A DNA stretch of 64,000 nt from Spirochaetota bacterium. Lineage in GTDB: Bacteria > Spirochaetota > UBA4802 > UBA5550. Under the pieces are notes generated by a model. It saw nothing but the letters and a program-made list of their open reading frames with translations, did no database searches and had not been told where the DNA came from. The stretch's first letter is position 1, and each line of letters opens with the position of its first letter. The stretch spans positions 1,312,001 through 1,376,000 of the forward strand of contig CAXXHB010000003.1 in NCBI GenBank assembly GCA_963664815.2, in the 5' to 3' direction. This document shows, piece after piece, positions 44,389 to 53,933 of this stretch. Made by a program: the position numbers and the translations under genes.

Positions 44389-44773
44389 GTCCATAATCTT
44401 CCGGCAATAGCCCCCTAAGTCTCACAAAGGATCTATAATCTTCCGGCAACAGCCCCCTAAATCCCACAAAGGATCCATAATCTTCCGGCAACAGCCCCCT
44501 AAATCCCACAAAGGATCCATAATCTTTCAGCAACAGCCCCCTAAATCTCGCAAAGGATCTATAATCTTCCGGCAACAGCCCCCTAAATCCCACAAAGGAT
44601 CCATAATCTTTCAGCAATAGCCCCCTAAATCTCACAAAGGATCCATAATCTTCCGGCAACAGCCCCCTAAATCCCACAAAGGATCCATAATCTTTCAGCA
44701 ATAGCCCCCTAAATCTCACAAAGGATCCATAATCTTCCGGCAACAGCCCCCTAAATCCCCCGGCGGGGGACTT
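44389..44773 (+). repeat. 42-bp tandem array (about 9 units), same family as 40411-40741
   Basis: AGGATC(C/T)ATAATCTT(C/T)C(G/A)GCAA(C/T)AGCCCCCTAAATC recurs every 42 bp (44431, 44473 ... 44725). Confidence 0.9.
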
Positions 44774-44799
44774 GAGGATACTGTTATGAAATTATTTGT

Positions 44800-44985
44800 G
44801 TTAAATATTTTTTATTTCAGGCAGAACATAATCCATATTGTTAATCACATCTTCATTTTTAAATCGTAAAGTGGTTATTCCGGCACTCTTAAGATATTAA
44901 TCCGTATAATTGTTATAATCCTTTCTGAGTTTATGAACATCTTCATTAATTTCTACAACAGGCTTTTTATCATGACAGTAAACCT
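44800..44985 (-). pseudogene. DUF559 (Vsr-like endonuclease) remnant inside MITE-like element copy 2 (44747-45104)
   Basis: Minus strand reads YCHDKKPVVEINEDVHKLRKDYNNYTD*YLKSAGITTLRFKNEDVINNMDYVLPEIKNI*, resembling the DUF559 C-terminus, with an internal stop and lost EIDG motif. Confidence 0.7.
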
Positions 44986-45154
44986 CTTGTATGTGTCTGT
45001 GTATTATTTAACTAAGAATATTTATCTGTACAGCCGTCTTTAAGTCCCCTGCCGGGGGATTTAGGGGGCTTATAGTACAGGTAAATTTACCGGATGATGT
45101 GCCTGTCAGTCCGGGGGGAACAGAAATAAAGTACCCCCGGTTTACAAAGACTCC

Positions 45155-46927
45155 CTAGAATGTCTTTCGCTGGCTGACTATCTCTTCATATATTTCTCCG
45201 GTTAATGGCACATAACAGCTTTTGCCGGTATCCAGAAAGTACAGAGGATCGCTTACAAGGGCGGGATTAAACCCCTCCTGCTTCAGCTTACCCTTGAGCT
45301 GCTTGAAACTGTTTGTAGCATCAATCTCAGGCCTGAGGCGTACAAAATATGGCCTGGCATAGGACGGCAGATGCTGCCGGACATATTCGGCAAGCCCCTG
45401 AGGTTCAAACTTTTTGCCTTCAAGAAGCTTCAGCGCCGCCATACCGCAGCGCCCTTCACTGCCGGGAACCTCAACGCCGTAGACATTGGCATCCTCGAAA
45501 GTTCCGAAGGCGTTGAGCACATCCCCGACCTGGTTGGTCGATACGTTTTCGCTCTTCCAGCGATAGGTGTCTCCAAGGCGGTCAACGAATGACATGTAGT
45601 CGTTTTCATGGAGCTGCAGCAGGTCCCCGCTGTTGAAATACTCATCCCCCGGTCTGAATACATTGCGCAGCAGCTTTGCCTCGGTTGCTTTCGGATTGTT
45701 TACATACCCGGCAAAACGGTTCAATTCGTTGATTGTGCACAGAAGAAGTCCGGTTTCACCGACACTGCATTTAACTGCATATCCATCTTTGTCACGGACG
45801 ATTTCATCATTTTCCACATCGTAGCGGACAATCTCACCCTGCCTCTGGCCGTTAAGCACCATACTTCCGCACATGCCGGGCACCTCAGCCATATTTATAA
45901 ATGATCCCACACCTTCAGTGGCCCCGTACACCTCAATGAGCCGCTCAAGGTTGAAACGTTTTTTGAACGGTTCCATCAGGTCTCCGCGCATGCCGTTGCC
46001 CATGATAAATCTCAGCGGATTATCGGCATCATCATCGCGCGGGGGCTGATTATAGATATATCTGCACAGCTCGCCGACATATATAAAATGGCTTGAATTA
46101 TATTTATGTATATCTTCCCAGAAGGTACGGGCTGAAAACCTGCGGCGAAGCGCCATGGAGCTTCCGCTGACAATGGCCGATGAAAACCCGATATCGAATC
46201 CGCTGTTATGATACAGCGGCAGCACCATATACTGTGATGTGGCCGGGTTCATCTGCCCTATCATGGCGGCTATATGACCCAGAACAAGCCAGCGTCTCTG
46301 GGCAACAGCGGTTGCCTTCGGAAGCCCGGTAGTACCGGAGGTGTATATGTATACAATTACATCGTCACTGGTGACAGTGCCGGTTTCAGCGGGATTTTCC
46401 GATGTGCATGCATCAAGGAGTGGGTTTAAATGTTTAAACCCGGCCTTGCGGGCTGTCTCGCTCCATACGGCCCCCTCCATGTAAAAAACTGCCGGGGACT
46501 CCAGATTCACCTTGCCGTTCACTTCAGCATAGGCTTCAATCAGTTCCTGGCCGACGATAAGGGCCCCGGCCTGGCATATATTCAGTGCATGGGCCAGCAC
46601 ATCTCCCCGAACTCCGTTATTTACAAGTGAAACAATTATCCCCAGTTTACTTAAGCCGCTTGCCGCGATGAGGTACTCAGGGCGGTTTTCCATCAGTAAG
46701 GCGACCACATCCCCCTTTTTAAAACCGAGTTCCCTGAAATGGGAGGCATACTGGTTTGCCCTGCGGTTAAATTCTCCGAAGCTGATGATTTTATCCTCGA
46801 AAATAATAAAGGGAGCCTGCTCCTGAAGTGAGGCCTGCCTTTCCAGTTCAGAGCCAAGGGATTTGGCCTGTTTCTGTCCCAGCGATATCATCTCCTGCAG
46901 ATGATTTCTTGGTGCAATGTCGTTCAT
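45155..46927 (-). CDS. Very-long/long-chain acyl-CoA synthetase (FATP/FadD6-like)
   Basis: YIYTSGTTGLPKA, YVGELCRY, YGATEG, FVDRLGDTYRWKSENVST; GGAGG SD before ATG 46927. Confidence 0.92.
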   Translation of the reverse strand: MNDIAPRNHLQEMISLGQKQAKSLGSELERQASLQEQAPFIIFEDKIISFGEFNRRANQYASHFRELGFKKGDVVALLMENRPEYLIAASGLSKLGIIVSLVNNGVRGDVLAHALNICQAGALIVGQELIEAYAEVNGKVNLESPAVFYMEGAVWSETARKAGFKHLNPLLDACTSENPAETGTVTSDDVIVYIYTSGTTGLPKATAVAQRRWLVLGHIAAMIGQMNPATSQYMVLPLYHNSGFDIGFSSAIVSGSSMALRRRFSARTFWEDIHKYNSSHFIYVGELCRYIYNQPPRDDDADNPLRFIMGNGMRGDLMEPFKKRFNLERLIEVYGATEGVGSFINMAEVPGMCGSMVLNGQRQGEIVRYDVENDEIVRDKDGYAVKCSVGETGLLLCTINELNRFAGYVNNPKATEAKLLRNVFRPGDEYFNSGDLLQLHENDYMSFVDRLGDTYRWKSENVSTNQVGDVLNAFGTFEDANVYGVEVPGSEGRCGMAALKLLEGKKFEPQGLAEYVRQHLPSYARPYFVRLRPEIDATNSFKQLKGKLKQEGFNPALVSDPLYFLDTGKSCYVPLTGEIYEEIVSQRKTF

Positions 46928-47046
46928 CTTGTAACCTCCAGCTGATTTTTGTTTAATCTTTTTTACAGGGCGTACGGAGATTGTTTTATGCTGAATTCCC
47001 CATAACAGGCCCAGGGTCATATAAAACTAAAGATAATTGATTATAG

Positions 47047-47092
47047 TTGAACATGTTCAATTATGTCAAATATATTATTTGACCGCGTTCAA
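47047..47092. promoter_or_regulatory. Two palindromic operators (TTGAACATGTTCAA; TTGACCGCGTTCAA), likely TetR sites
   Basis: 14-bp palindromes at 47047-47060 and 47079-47092 between divergent ligase and TetR genes. Confidence 0.65.
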
Positions 47093-47216
47093 AAAATACT
47101 ATAGCTGCGGTCTGATTAATCACTTGGCAAAAATCAGTTATTATTATTTTTTTGAATCCGGATCAGCATGAATCTGATTATATTTCATAAAAGCATTAAA
47201 AATCCAGGAGAAGCAA

Positions 47217-47864
47217 TTGAGCAGGGAAGAGAAAACAAGGGATATTAAAAACAGGATCCTCAGTATCGCGTACGATCTGTTTATTGCCCAGGGGTATAAA
47301 AAGACCACAGTAAGGCAGATTATTGAAAAGGCGGACATCCTGACCGGATCACTTTACCACTTTTACAGCAGCAAGGAGGACATTCTTCTCCAGATTGTCA
47401 TAGATGTGTACAACACAATGATGGAAAAAGCCGGCGTTATAATAGAGAGTGAAACCGATCCCATACTGCGGTATGCACTGATATATGTTTTCGAAATGAA
47501 GTTTGTTGAGAAATATGACAGCGTCGCTGAACTCTACTATGAGGCATACAACTCATGGAGAATAACACAGATAATGCTTGATATGAATACCAGGAGAAAC
47601 ATTGAGTTTTTCCATAAATACAACAAGGGCTTTACAGAGAATGATTATTACATCAGGACACTGGCTTTAAGGGGGATGAGGCTGAGCTTTATCTCCGAGA
47701 GATTTTTCAGCAAAAAGCTGGTTTTTGAATCAAAATGCCCCTTTTTAATAGAGACCGGGCTTTTAATGTTCAATGTGCCCCCCGGAAGGATTAAGTCGGC
47801 GATAGAGAAGGCCATGAACACGGCTAAGGAAGACAGTTTTACTTTCCGGGGGTTCAGAATTTAG
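47217..47864 (+). CDS. TetR/AcrR-family regulator (TTG start)
   Basis: ILSIAYDLFIAQGYKKTTVRQI...GSLYHFYSSKEDIL; AGGAG SD. Confidence 0.9.
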   Translation: MSREEKTRDIKNRILSIAYDLFIAQGYKKTTVRQIIEKADILTGSLYHFYSSKEDILLQIVIDVYNTMMEKAGVIIESETDPILRYALIYVFEMKFVEKYDSVAELYYEAYNSWRITQIMLDMNTRRNIEFFHKYNKGFTENDYYIRTLALRGMRLSFISERFFSKKLVFESKCPFLIETGLLMFNVPPGRIKSAIEKAMNTAKEDSFTFRGFRI

Positions 47865-47929
47865 GGTGTAGCATGGAGAAGAGTTTATCCCCGGCCTGAC
47901 GGCCAATACCCTGAATCCCGCAGGTGGCA

Positions 47930-48230
47930 AGGACTCCTCGGACCCCGCACCTACCCCAAGGGTACTTTGTCGCTACGCTCGGGCGCCCGGAAGGGGGCAA
48001 AGCTGAAATGTCTGTATAAGTATACCTTCGGCAGCATGGACTTATCGGACCCCGCACCCCTGAAAGGGGCAAGGCAGTATACAAATTTTATAAACCTGGT
48101 TTTAACCATTATTTTTTGAGCACACTCTGTCTATATAGTATACTTTCAGCAACCTGGACTTATCAGCCCCCGCACCCCCGGAGGTGGCAAAGCAGTATGC
48201 AAATTTGATAAACCTGTTTTATTAACATAT
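47930..48230. repeat. REP-like cluster with ~120-bp imperfect tandem duplication
   Basis: GGACTTATCxGxCCCCGCACCCC..GGCAAxGCAGTATxCAAATTTxATAAACCTG twice (about 48010 and 48129); related GGACCCCGCACC hairpin at 47940. Confidence 0.7.
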
Positions 48231-48345
48231 AAAATTTTTAAAAATTCTGCTTGCGCCATGTCATTTGTTTTTTTGCACTGGTTATATAGAGACATAAGCT
48301 TCAATATAACGACAAATAATGATAATAAACAAGGAGTGTATATCT

Positions 48346-48891
48346 ATGGCAAAAGTTAAGCTTCATCCCTATTTAAGAACTGCGCATGGTGGTCTGGATG
48401 GTCTTGTGTTTTACAGGCGTTATGGTAAAATCTACATTAAAGCGCGTACAATTCCTGCTAATCCGCGTACTGAACCGCAGGTGAAGTGCAGGGGTAATTT
48501 CGGCGGCGGTGTTAAGGCATGGCAGGTTCTTCCGGAGGAGGAGAAGAACCTTTACAGAGTAAGGGCAAAGAGGAAGAAAAAATCAGGGTATAATCTTTTT
48601 ATGTCTGAATACCTTCGCGGGATTGCTCCAGGTTCACCTGTTACTCCATCGGAAATCGGCGGAACAGGGGATGCAGTGGTTGTATCCGCCTCAGGTGAAA
48701 TTACGGAATATGCCGGTTACTATTCAGCAAACAGCAGATCAGCAGATGGACAGAGTAATATTAATGCAGTAAAAGACAGAGGTGAAGCTGTTAAAACAGG
48801 ACTTAAGCAGTATGTAGACCCTGTTAAAAACCGTTTCAATACCGTTTCAACACCGTTACTGACAGAGAAAAACGCGCGTTTAAAGCTGTAG
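48346..48891 (+). CDS. Hypothetical basic protein
   Basis: AAGGAG SD; GxLDGLVFY...GKIYIK...PANPRTEPQ...R.NF; Lys/Arg-rich. Confidence 0.65.
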   Translation: MAKVKLHPYLRTAHGGLDGLVFYRRYGKIYIKARTIPANPRTEPQVKCRGNFGGGVKAWQVLPEEEKNLYRVRAKRKKKSGYNLFMSEYLRGIAPGSPVTPSEIGGTGDAVVVSASGEITEYAGYYSANSRSADGQSNINAVKDRGEAVKTGLKQYVDPVKNRFNTVSTPLLTEKNARLKL

Positions 48892-49085
48892 GTAGCGTGT
48901 TTGAGGCGTAATTGAAGCGAAATGTAAGCGAAACTGAATACTCTGTAAACAGAGTCGGGATTTTGTCATAAATCTGCAGTGAATTTGAATCTGAACCAGC
49001 TGATGCACGATGCAGACCTCATCCCCGGACCCTCTCCAAATGGCGAGGGGTGACTATAGCATTTCCGGTTTCAATTAAAAAACCA

Positions 49086-49997
49086 GGGGAGCGGTGTGGT
49101 TAAAGAAAAGGGAAGGTGCGGTTCCATCGCTGACACGGGTATATTGATAATATTAATATGTTTTAAGAAAACAGCTTTCCTGTAGTGGTCCCCTCGATAC
49201 ATTTCCAGTTTCACTGGAAACACTCGGGGAGCGGTGTGGTTTAAGAAACCGGGAGGAGCTGTTCCGGAATTAATCCTGATATATTGATAATATTAATAAG
49301 TTTTAAGAAAACAGTTTTCCAGTAGTGATCCCCTCGATACATTTCCAGTTTTACTTAAAAACACTCGGGGAGCGGTGTGGTTTAAGAAACCGGGAGGAGC
49401 TGTTCCGGAATTAATCCTGATATATTGATAATATTAATAAGTTTTAAGAAAACAGTTTTCCAGTAGTGATCCCCTCGATACATTTCCAGTTTCACTTAAA
49501 AACACTCGGGGAGCGGTGTGGTTTAAGAAACCGGGAGGAGCTGTTCCGGAATTAATCCTGATATATTGATAATATTAATAAGTTTTAAGAAAACAGTTTT
49601 CCAGTAGTGGTCCCCTCGATACGTTTCCAGTTTCACTGGAAACACTCGGGGAGCGGTGTGGTTAAAGAAAAGGGAAAAGGCGGTTCCGGAGCTGACACGG
49701 GTATATCGATAATATTAATATGTTTTAAGAAAACAGCTTTCCTGTAGTGGTCCCCTCGATACATTTCCAGTTTCACTGGAAACACTCGGGGAGCGGTGTG
49801 GTTTAAGAAACCGGGAGGAGCTGTTCCGGAATTAATCCTGATATATTGATAATATTAATAAGTTTTAAGAAAACAGTTTTCCAGTAGTGATCCCCTCGAT
49901 ACATTTCCAGTTTTACTTAAAAACACTCGGGGAACGGTGTGGTTTAAGAAACCGTAAAAGGTGGTTCCGGAGCTGATACGGGCATATTGATAATATT
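49086..49997. repeat. 140-141-bp tandem array (~6.5 units) of a REP-like hairpin
   Basis: GGGGAGCGGTGTGGTT recurs at about 49086, 49226, 49367, 49508, 49648, 49788, 49929; each unit has CCCCTCGA-TACATTTCCAGTTTCACTGGAAACAC-TCGGGGA. Confidence 0.9.
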
Positions 49998-50208
49998 CCA
50001 TTACGAATAGTAAAAAAACGATGTGCAGAGAGCACATGACCCAATGTCTGTTCACTATGCAGAAAATCCCGCCAATCTCTTAATCCTGTAATCGTGTTCA
50101 GACTATTGAGGTATATTCTGATGTAACGTTGATTTCAATTATATATACTTGACAGATGATCAATATTTTGTAAAATATATATATAAAGAGATTCCGGGGC
50201 ATAATATT

Positions 50209-50493
50209 ATGCATAAAAATGAAATCATTGTATTTTTAAGAAATAATAAAACATTTTTAAGGGAAAGATATAATGTTACCAGGATTGGTTTGTTCGGGTC
50301 ATATGCTGCAGGGAATCAGAGAGAGGAAAGTGATATTGATATTATAGTTTCAATGCCGTCAGAGTTTGATAATTACTATGATCTTAAAGAATACCTCGAA
50401 TCGAATTTAAAACATAAAATTGATCTTGCCCTTGAAAAAAACATACGTGAACTTATTAAAGGGAGTATTGAAAAAGAGGTTATTTATGCCTGA
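50209..50493 (+). CDS. Minimal nucleotidyltransferase antitoxin (MntA-like)
   Basis: IGLFGSYA.G.Q..ESDIDI (GSx10DxD); overlaps downstream HEPN gene. Confidence 0.88.
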   Translation: MHKNEIIVFLRNNKTFLRERYNVTRIGLFGSYAAGNQREESDIDIIVSMPSEFDNYYDLKEYLESNLKHKIDLALEKNIRELIKGSIEKEVIYA

Positions 50494-50914
50494 ACGTGAA
50501 ATATCTCTTTATATAATTGATATACTGATAGCAATAGACCGGATTAAAAGGTATACAGAAAATATTAATAACGCGTCTGATTTCATGAATAGTGAACTTG
50601 AATGGGACGCAACTATACGCGAGCTTCAAATCATCGGTGATGCGGCGAATATGCTTTTAAAGTATCAGATGATTGATCAATCTTACAGGAGAATTGTTGA
50701 CTTCAGAAATCAGATTACACATGCTTATTTTGGTATTGATAAAGATATTGTCTGGGAAGTAATAACTGAAAAGCTTCAGATATTTAATGATGATTTGATT
50801 GCTGTTGTAAAAACGAAAAAAATTGATTTAACAAAAGGTTTAGAAGCAGCTTTGAAAGAAAACAGCTCTAATCAGAAAGTTATAAGTTTTTTAAAATTCT
50901 TAAAAGAGATATAA
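50486..50914 (+). CDS. HEPN/DUF86 ribonuclease toxin (HepT-like)
   Basis: LQIIGDA, FRNQITHAYFGID (Rx4HxY), IVWE. Confidence 0.88.
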   Translation: MPEREISLYIIDILIAIDRIKRYTENINNASDFMNSELEWDATIRELQIIGDAANMLLKYQMIDQSYRRIVDFRNQITHAYFGIDKDIVWEVITEKLQIFNDDLIAVVKTKKIDLTKGLEAALKENSSNQKVISFLKFLKEI

Positions 50915-51036
50915 GTCTGGTAAAAATAATGCAGATCAAAGCAGGTGTCCAATTCAGATAGTGATAGTTTTGTTTCAAAAAAGTTTGGTATTGCCGATTC
51001 TGCACATGTAGTGTTTTCTGAAATGGAGAACTTAAA

Positions 51037-51237
51037 ATGAAAACATTAAAGTATATGAATGAAGAAGAAATACTTAATAAGGGAATTAACATTTTAATGA
51101 AAGAGCTGGGTCCGGTTGAAACGGCAAGGTTTCTGAATATACCCCGGAATAAAAGAATTGAATCTGTTAAACGGCATAGAGACTGGCAGAAGACTTTGAA
51201 TAAAGATGAATTTCTTAATAGTATATTCGGTGAATAA
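51037..51237 (+). CDS. Small antitoxin-like protein preceded by a PIN-toxin remnant
   Basis: KGINILMKELGPVETARFL; GGAG SD; upstream overlapping fragment FVSKKFGIADSAHVVFSE (50969-51040). Confidence 0.6.
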   Translation: MKTLKYMNEEEILNKGINILMKELGPVETARFLNIPRNKRIESVKRHRDWQKTLNKDEFLNSIFGE

Positions 51238-51899
51238 TCAATATGATTATATTTGTTTCCAACTTACTTTAAAAAGTATACGTGAACTTATTAAAGGGAG
51301 TATTGAAAAAGAGGTTATCTATGCCTGACCGTGATGATTGCTGTTGTAAAAACAAAAAGATTTCTCTTCATGATACAGCCTTGAGTTTAATTAAAGCCTC
51401 ATATATTGTCCTGCCCCTGTAGTCTGTCAAAGCTTGAGATGGTTATTTAACAGCGCCTTATAACGCCCCCCCGGCATCCCTGCTTGACATTAATACGTCA
51501 AAAACAGGGAAATTTAAAAATTTTCCGGGAAAAACAAAAAAAATTCTGATGTTGCTTCGCCGGATAGATGGCGAATACGTGGCGGATAAAAGGCATATAC
51601 ATGGCGACAGATGAGTATAATCACTGCAGCGTAATGCAGTTTTCGGCACGATTTGTGCATATAACACATAATATGTTTTTATTTCGCGGCAGCCAATTCA
51701 ACAAAGTGATTACCGGTTTTTTAAACAGGGGCAACTTTTTTGCAGGGTATAAGGGACGAAGCCACTTAAAAAAACCACTAAAGGTTTCCTGAGTGCTGCA
51801 AATGCCAATCTGGAAACAAGCCAGATATTTATTTGAATATTTGAAAAAAAGTATTGAAATAACTGCTGTTTAATGAAGGAATAAATTAAATGCATACAG

Positions 51900-52187
51900 A
51901 CCAATCCGGCAGGGATCATCATGGAAACCGTTTATTAAAAGATAAGGAGAAGGGGAGTTGCAACAGGGAATATTAGTGCGGACTGGTTTCAACGGGATGT
52001 TGTAAATGCCGGGACGGAAAACAGTTAAAGATAACTCATCAAGGGATAAATTTACTACACAACTGCCTGAATAAGATAACGAAAAATACAGAAACTATCA
52101 GGACGGTAAAGTCCTGATACAATTATGATTTATACACATGTATGTACGGGGAAATCCGGGATTATTAAGAGTCCACTGGAGATATAG
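51900..52187 (+). pseudogene. Decayed tyrosine integrase (IntI-like) C-terminus; 5' limit approximate
   Basis: FTTQLPE*...IQKLSGR*SPDTIMIYTHVCTGKSGIIKSPLEI* mirrors FATHLLE..IQELLGH....TMIYTHV......SPLD; contains stops and a frameshift. Confidence 0.7.
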
Positions 52188-52269
52188 GGGTTACTGTACG
52201 TAACTTCTTTCGCTTTTTTCCGGATTTTTCCTGTGTTGTGCGAAAGATTTTGGATAGGACAAGTTATAT
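52188..52269 (+). other. attI-like recombination region (crossover G/TT at 52263)
   Basis: Directly after the integrase remnant; GTTATATGC at 52263 is complementary to GCATATAAC closing the first cassette; internal TCTTTCGC/GCGAAAGA inverted repeat. Confidence 0.55.
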
Positions 52270-52322
52270 GCAATTGCCCCCCTTTATGTTTATTAAGGGA
52301 TCGTTTATATAGAAGGATTTTT

Positions 52323-53933
52323 ATGTATAGTGTAAACAATGAAATTGTCAAGAAAGCCATTAAATTTTTAAAAAAAGATATCTATGATGACTGGTTTTGT
52401 GACATTCAAAACTTTGATGACATTTTTAATGACATCAATAATATAACCAATATAATAAATGATAAGATTAGAAGTGGAAAAGGTATTTATTTAGCAGATA
52501 ATCCAATACTATTTAATATCCCAAAAGAAAATGGTGCGTTCAGATATACATTAGAGCTATGTCCATTAGACAGATTAGCATATCATATATTTGGAATTCA
52601 ATTGATTCATTATTTAGATCGCTCCCTTCCATTCAATGTTTTAGGTCATCGAAAAAATTTAGATGATAAAATGTTATTCAAACCAATGATTGAGCAATGG
52701 AATAAATTTGAAAATTATACAAGGATTTCTGGAATAAATAAACATATAATCCAAACAGATATTTCAAATTATTTCGATTATATAAATATTAACAGACTCA
52801 GAATCGAATTAATCAACTCGGCATCTGATGCAAATCTATCTTCTGAAGACTTTGTAAATTGTATTTATGCAATAGAGTCGATATTTTCAATATTAAAACA
52901 AATATCATTCGATGGAGAAAGAGGCTTACCTCAAAATAAAGATATATCTTCATTTTTAGCAAATATATACATGAGACCACTTGATAAATGCTTAAAGGAT
53001 GCAATTTATTTTAGATATATGGATGATATACGAATTATAGCTGATACTAGAGCAGATGCTAACCGCTATATGCTTTGCATAATTGAAGAATTAAGAAAAT
53101 GTGGCTTATCATTAAATAGTAGCAAAACAAAAATTTTAATTCCGAACAGTCAAGAGCACTCACATTTTTGTTTTGAAATGGATTTAGAGGCAAAAAAAAC
53201 TGATTCACTGTTTAACAGTGGAAAAAGAAAATACGTAATGGAGTCATTTAATATAATTTATTCCAATGTTCTTAAATATCTTGATGAAAGTAAAGTTAAT
53301 GAAAGAAAATTTCGTTTTTACTCCAATAGATTAATTACATTTTTAAATGCAAAAGATGTTAAAGTACCAAATAAATTTAAAAAAGAGATTTCTAGCAAAT
53401 TAATTGGAGTTATTACGGCAAAACCAGATTCAGCTGATAAAATATGTGCTTTAGTAAAAGCCATTGGACCTTTTAAAAAGCTACAAGATGATCTCGTCAA
53501 GTGGGCAGTAACACCTGATAATTTAACATATGAATGGGCAGTATATACAATTATAAAAACACTTATAATACAATCCTATAAATCAAAAACTTTGGATAAT
53601 TATTGTAAAGCTTGTTTAAATGATATTAACACTCCTGATAATATTAGGGGTATCTCAGCTGTATATTTAAATAAAAAAGCAAAAAAATCTATCATTAACT
53701 TACTATCAAGAAATAATTCACATTTTTTCCAAAGACATTTAATAATCGCACTGTCAGAAATGAAACCAGATATTCTTTTACAAAATGATATTTCAGAAAA
53801 AATAATACCGGACTTTAAAGGGCAACACCAGAATCTATATAAACTTTCTTTGAATGCTAACTTTTTATATGTAAAAGAACATGAACGAATCACACAAAGA
53901 GAATTGATTCAAGAGTTGAAAAATTATGCTTAA
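52323..53933 (+). CDS. Reverse transcriptase, UG/Abi (defence-associated)-like, with helical C-terminal extension
   Basis: IPKENGAFR, QTDISNYFDYI, GLPQNKDISSFLANIYM, YFRYMDDIRI, GLSLNSSKT; AGAAGGA SD before ATG 52323; no retron VTG motif, no intron maturase context. Confidence 0.92.
   Translation: MYSVNNEIVKKAIKFLKKDIYDDWFCDIQNFDDIFNDINNITNIINDKIRSGKGIYLADNPILFNIPKENGAFRYTLELCPLDRLAYHIFGIQLIHYLDRSLPFNVLGHRKNLDDKMLFKPMIEQWNKFENYTRISGINKHIIQTDISNYFDYININRLRIELINSASDANLSSEDFVNCIYAIESIFSILKQISFDGERGLPQNKDISSFLANIYMRPLDKCLKDAIYFRYMDDIRIIADTRADANRYMLCIIEELRKCGLSLNSSKTKILIPNSQEHSHFCFEMDLEAKKTDSLFNSGKRKYVMESFNIIYSNVLKYLDESKVNERKFRFYSNRLITFLNAKDVKVPNKFKKEISSKLIGVITAKPDSADKICALVKAIGPFKKLQDDLVKWAVTPDNLTYEWAVYTIIKTLIIQSYKSKTLDNYCKACLNDINTPDNIRGISAVYLNKKAKKSIINLLSRNNSHFFQRHLIIALSEMKPDILLQNDISEKIIPDFKGQHQNLYKLSLNANFLYVKEHERITQRELIQELKNYA

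Noticed and set aside
40411-44773. 42-bp arrays as CRISPR arrays
   Set aside because: Units are contiguous with no unique spacers, and no cas genes are present
889-47338. Numerous short ORFs overlapping long genes (e.g. 25240-26001, 31775-32320, 41810-42556)
   Set aside because: Antisense or alternate-frame shadows of well-supported genes, with no motifs
49086-49997. 141-bp array as CRISPR or attC array
   Set aside because: Whole units are near-identical, with no variable spacers or ORFs between hairpins
51458-51922. Short ORFs or an RT-associated ncRNA upstream of the RT
   Set aside because: No coherent protein or clear structure; the region lies outside the cassette and upstream of the decayed integrase C-terminus, so it is more likely eroded integrase or promoter sequence
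52233-52322. N-terminal RT extension given in the ORF track (GTG 52233)
   Set aside because: It crosses the cassette boundary at 52263; ATG 52323 has a good SD
52323-53933. RT as retron, DGR, group II intron or CRISPR-associated RT
   Set aside because: No retron NAxxH or VTG motifs and no msr-msd space, no TR/VR pair or avd, no DV/DVI directly after it, no cas1; the nearby intron remnants have their own separate maturase fragments
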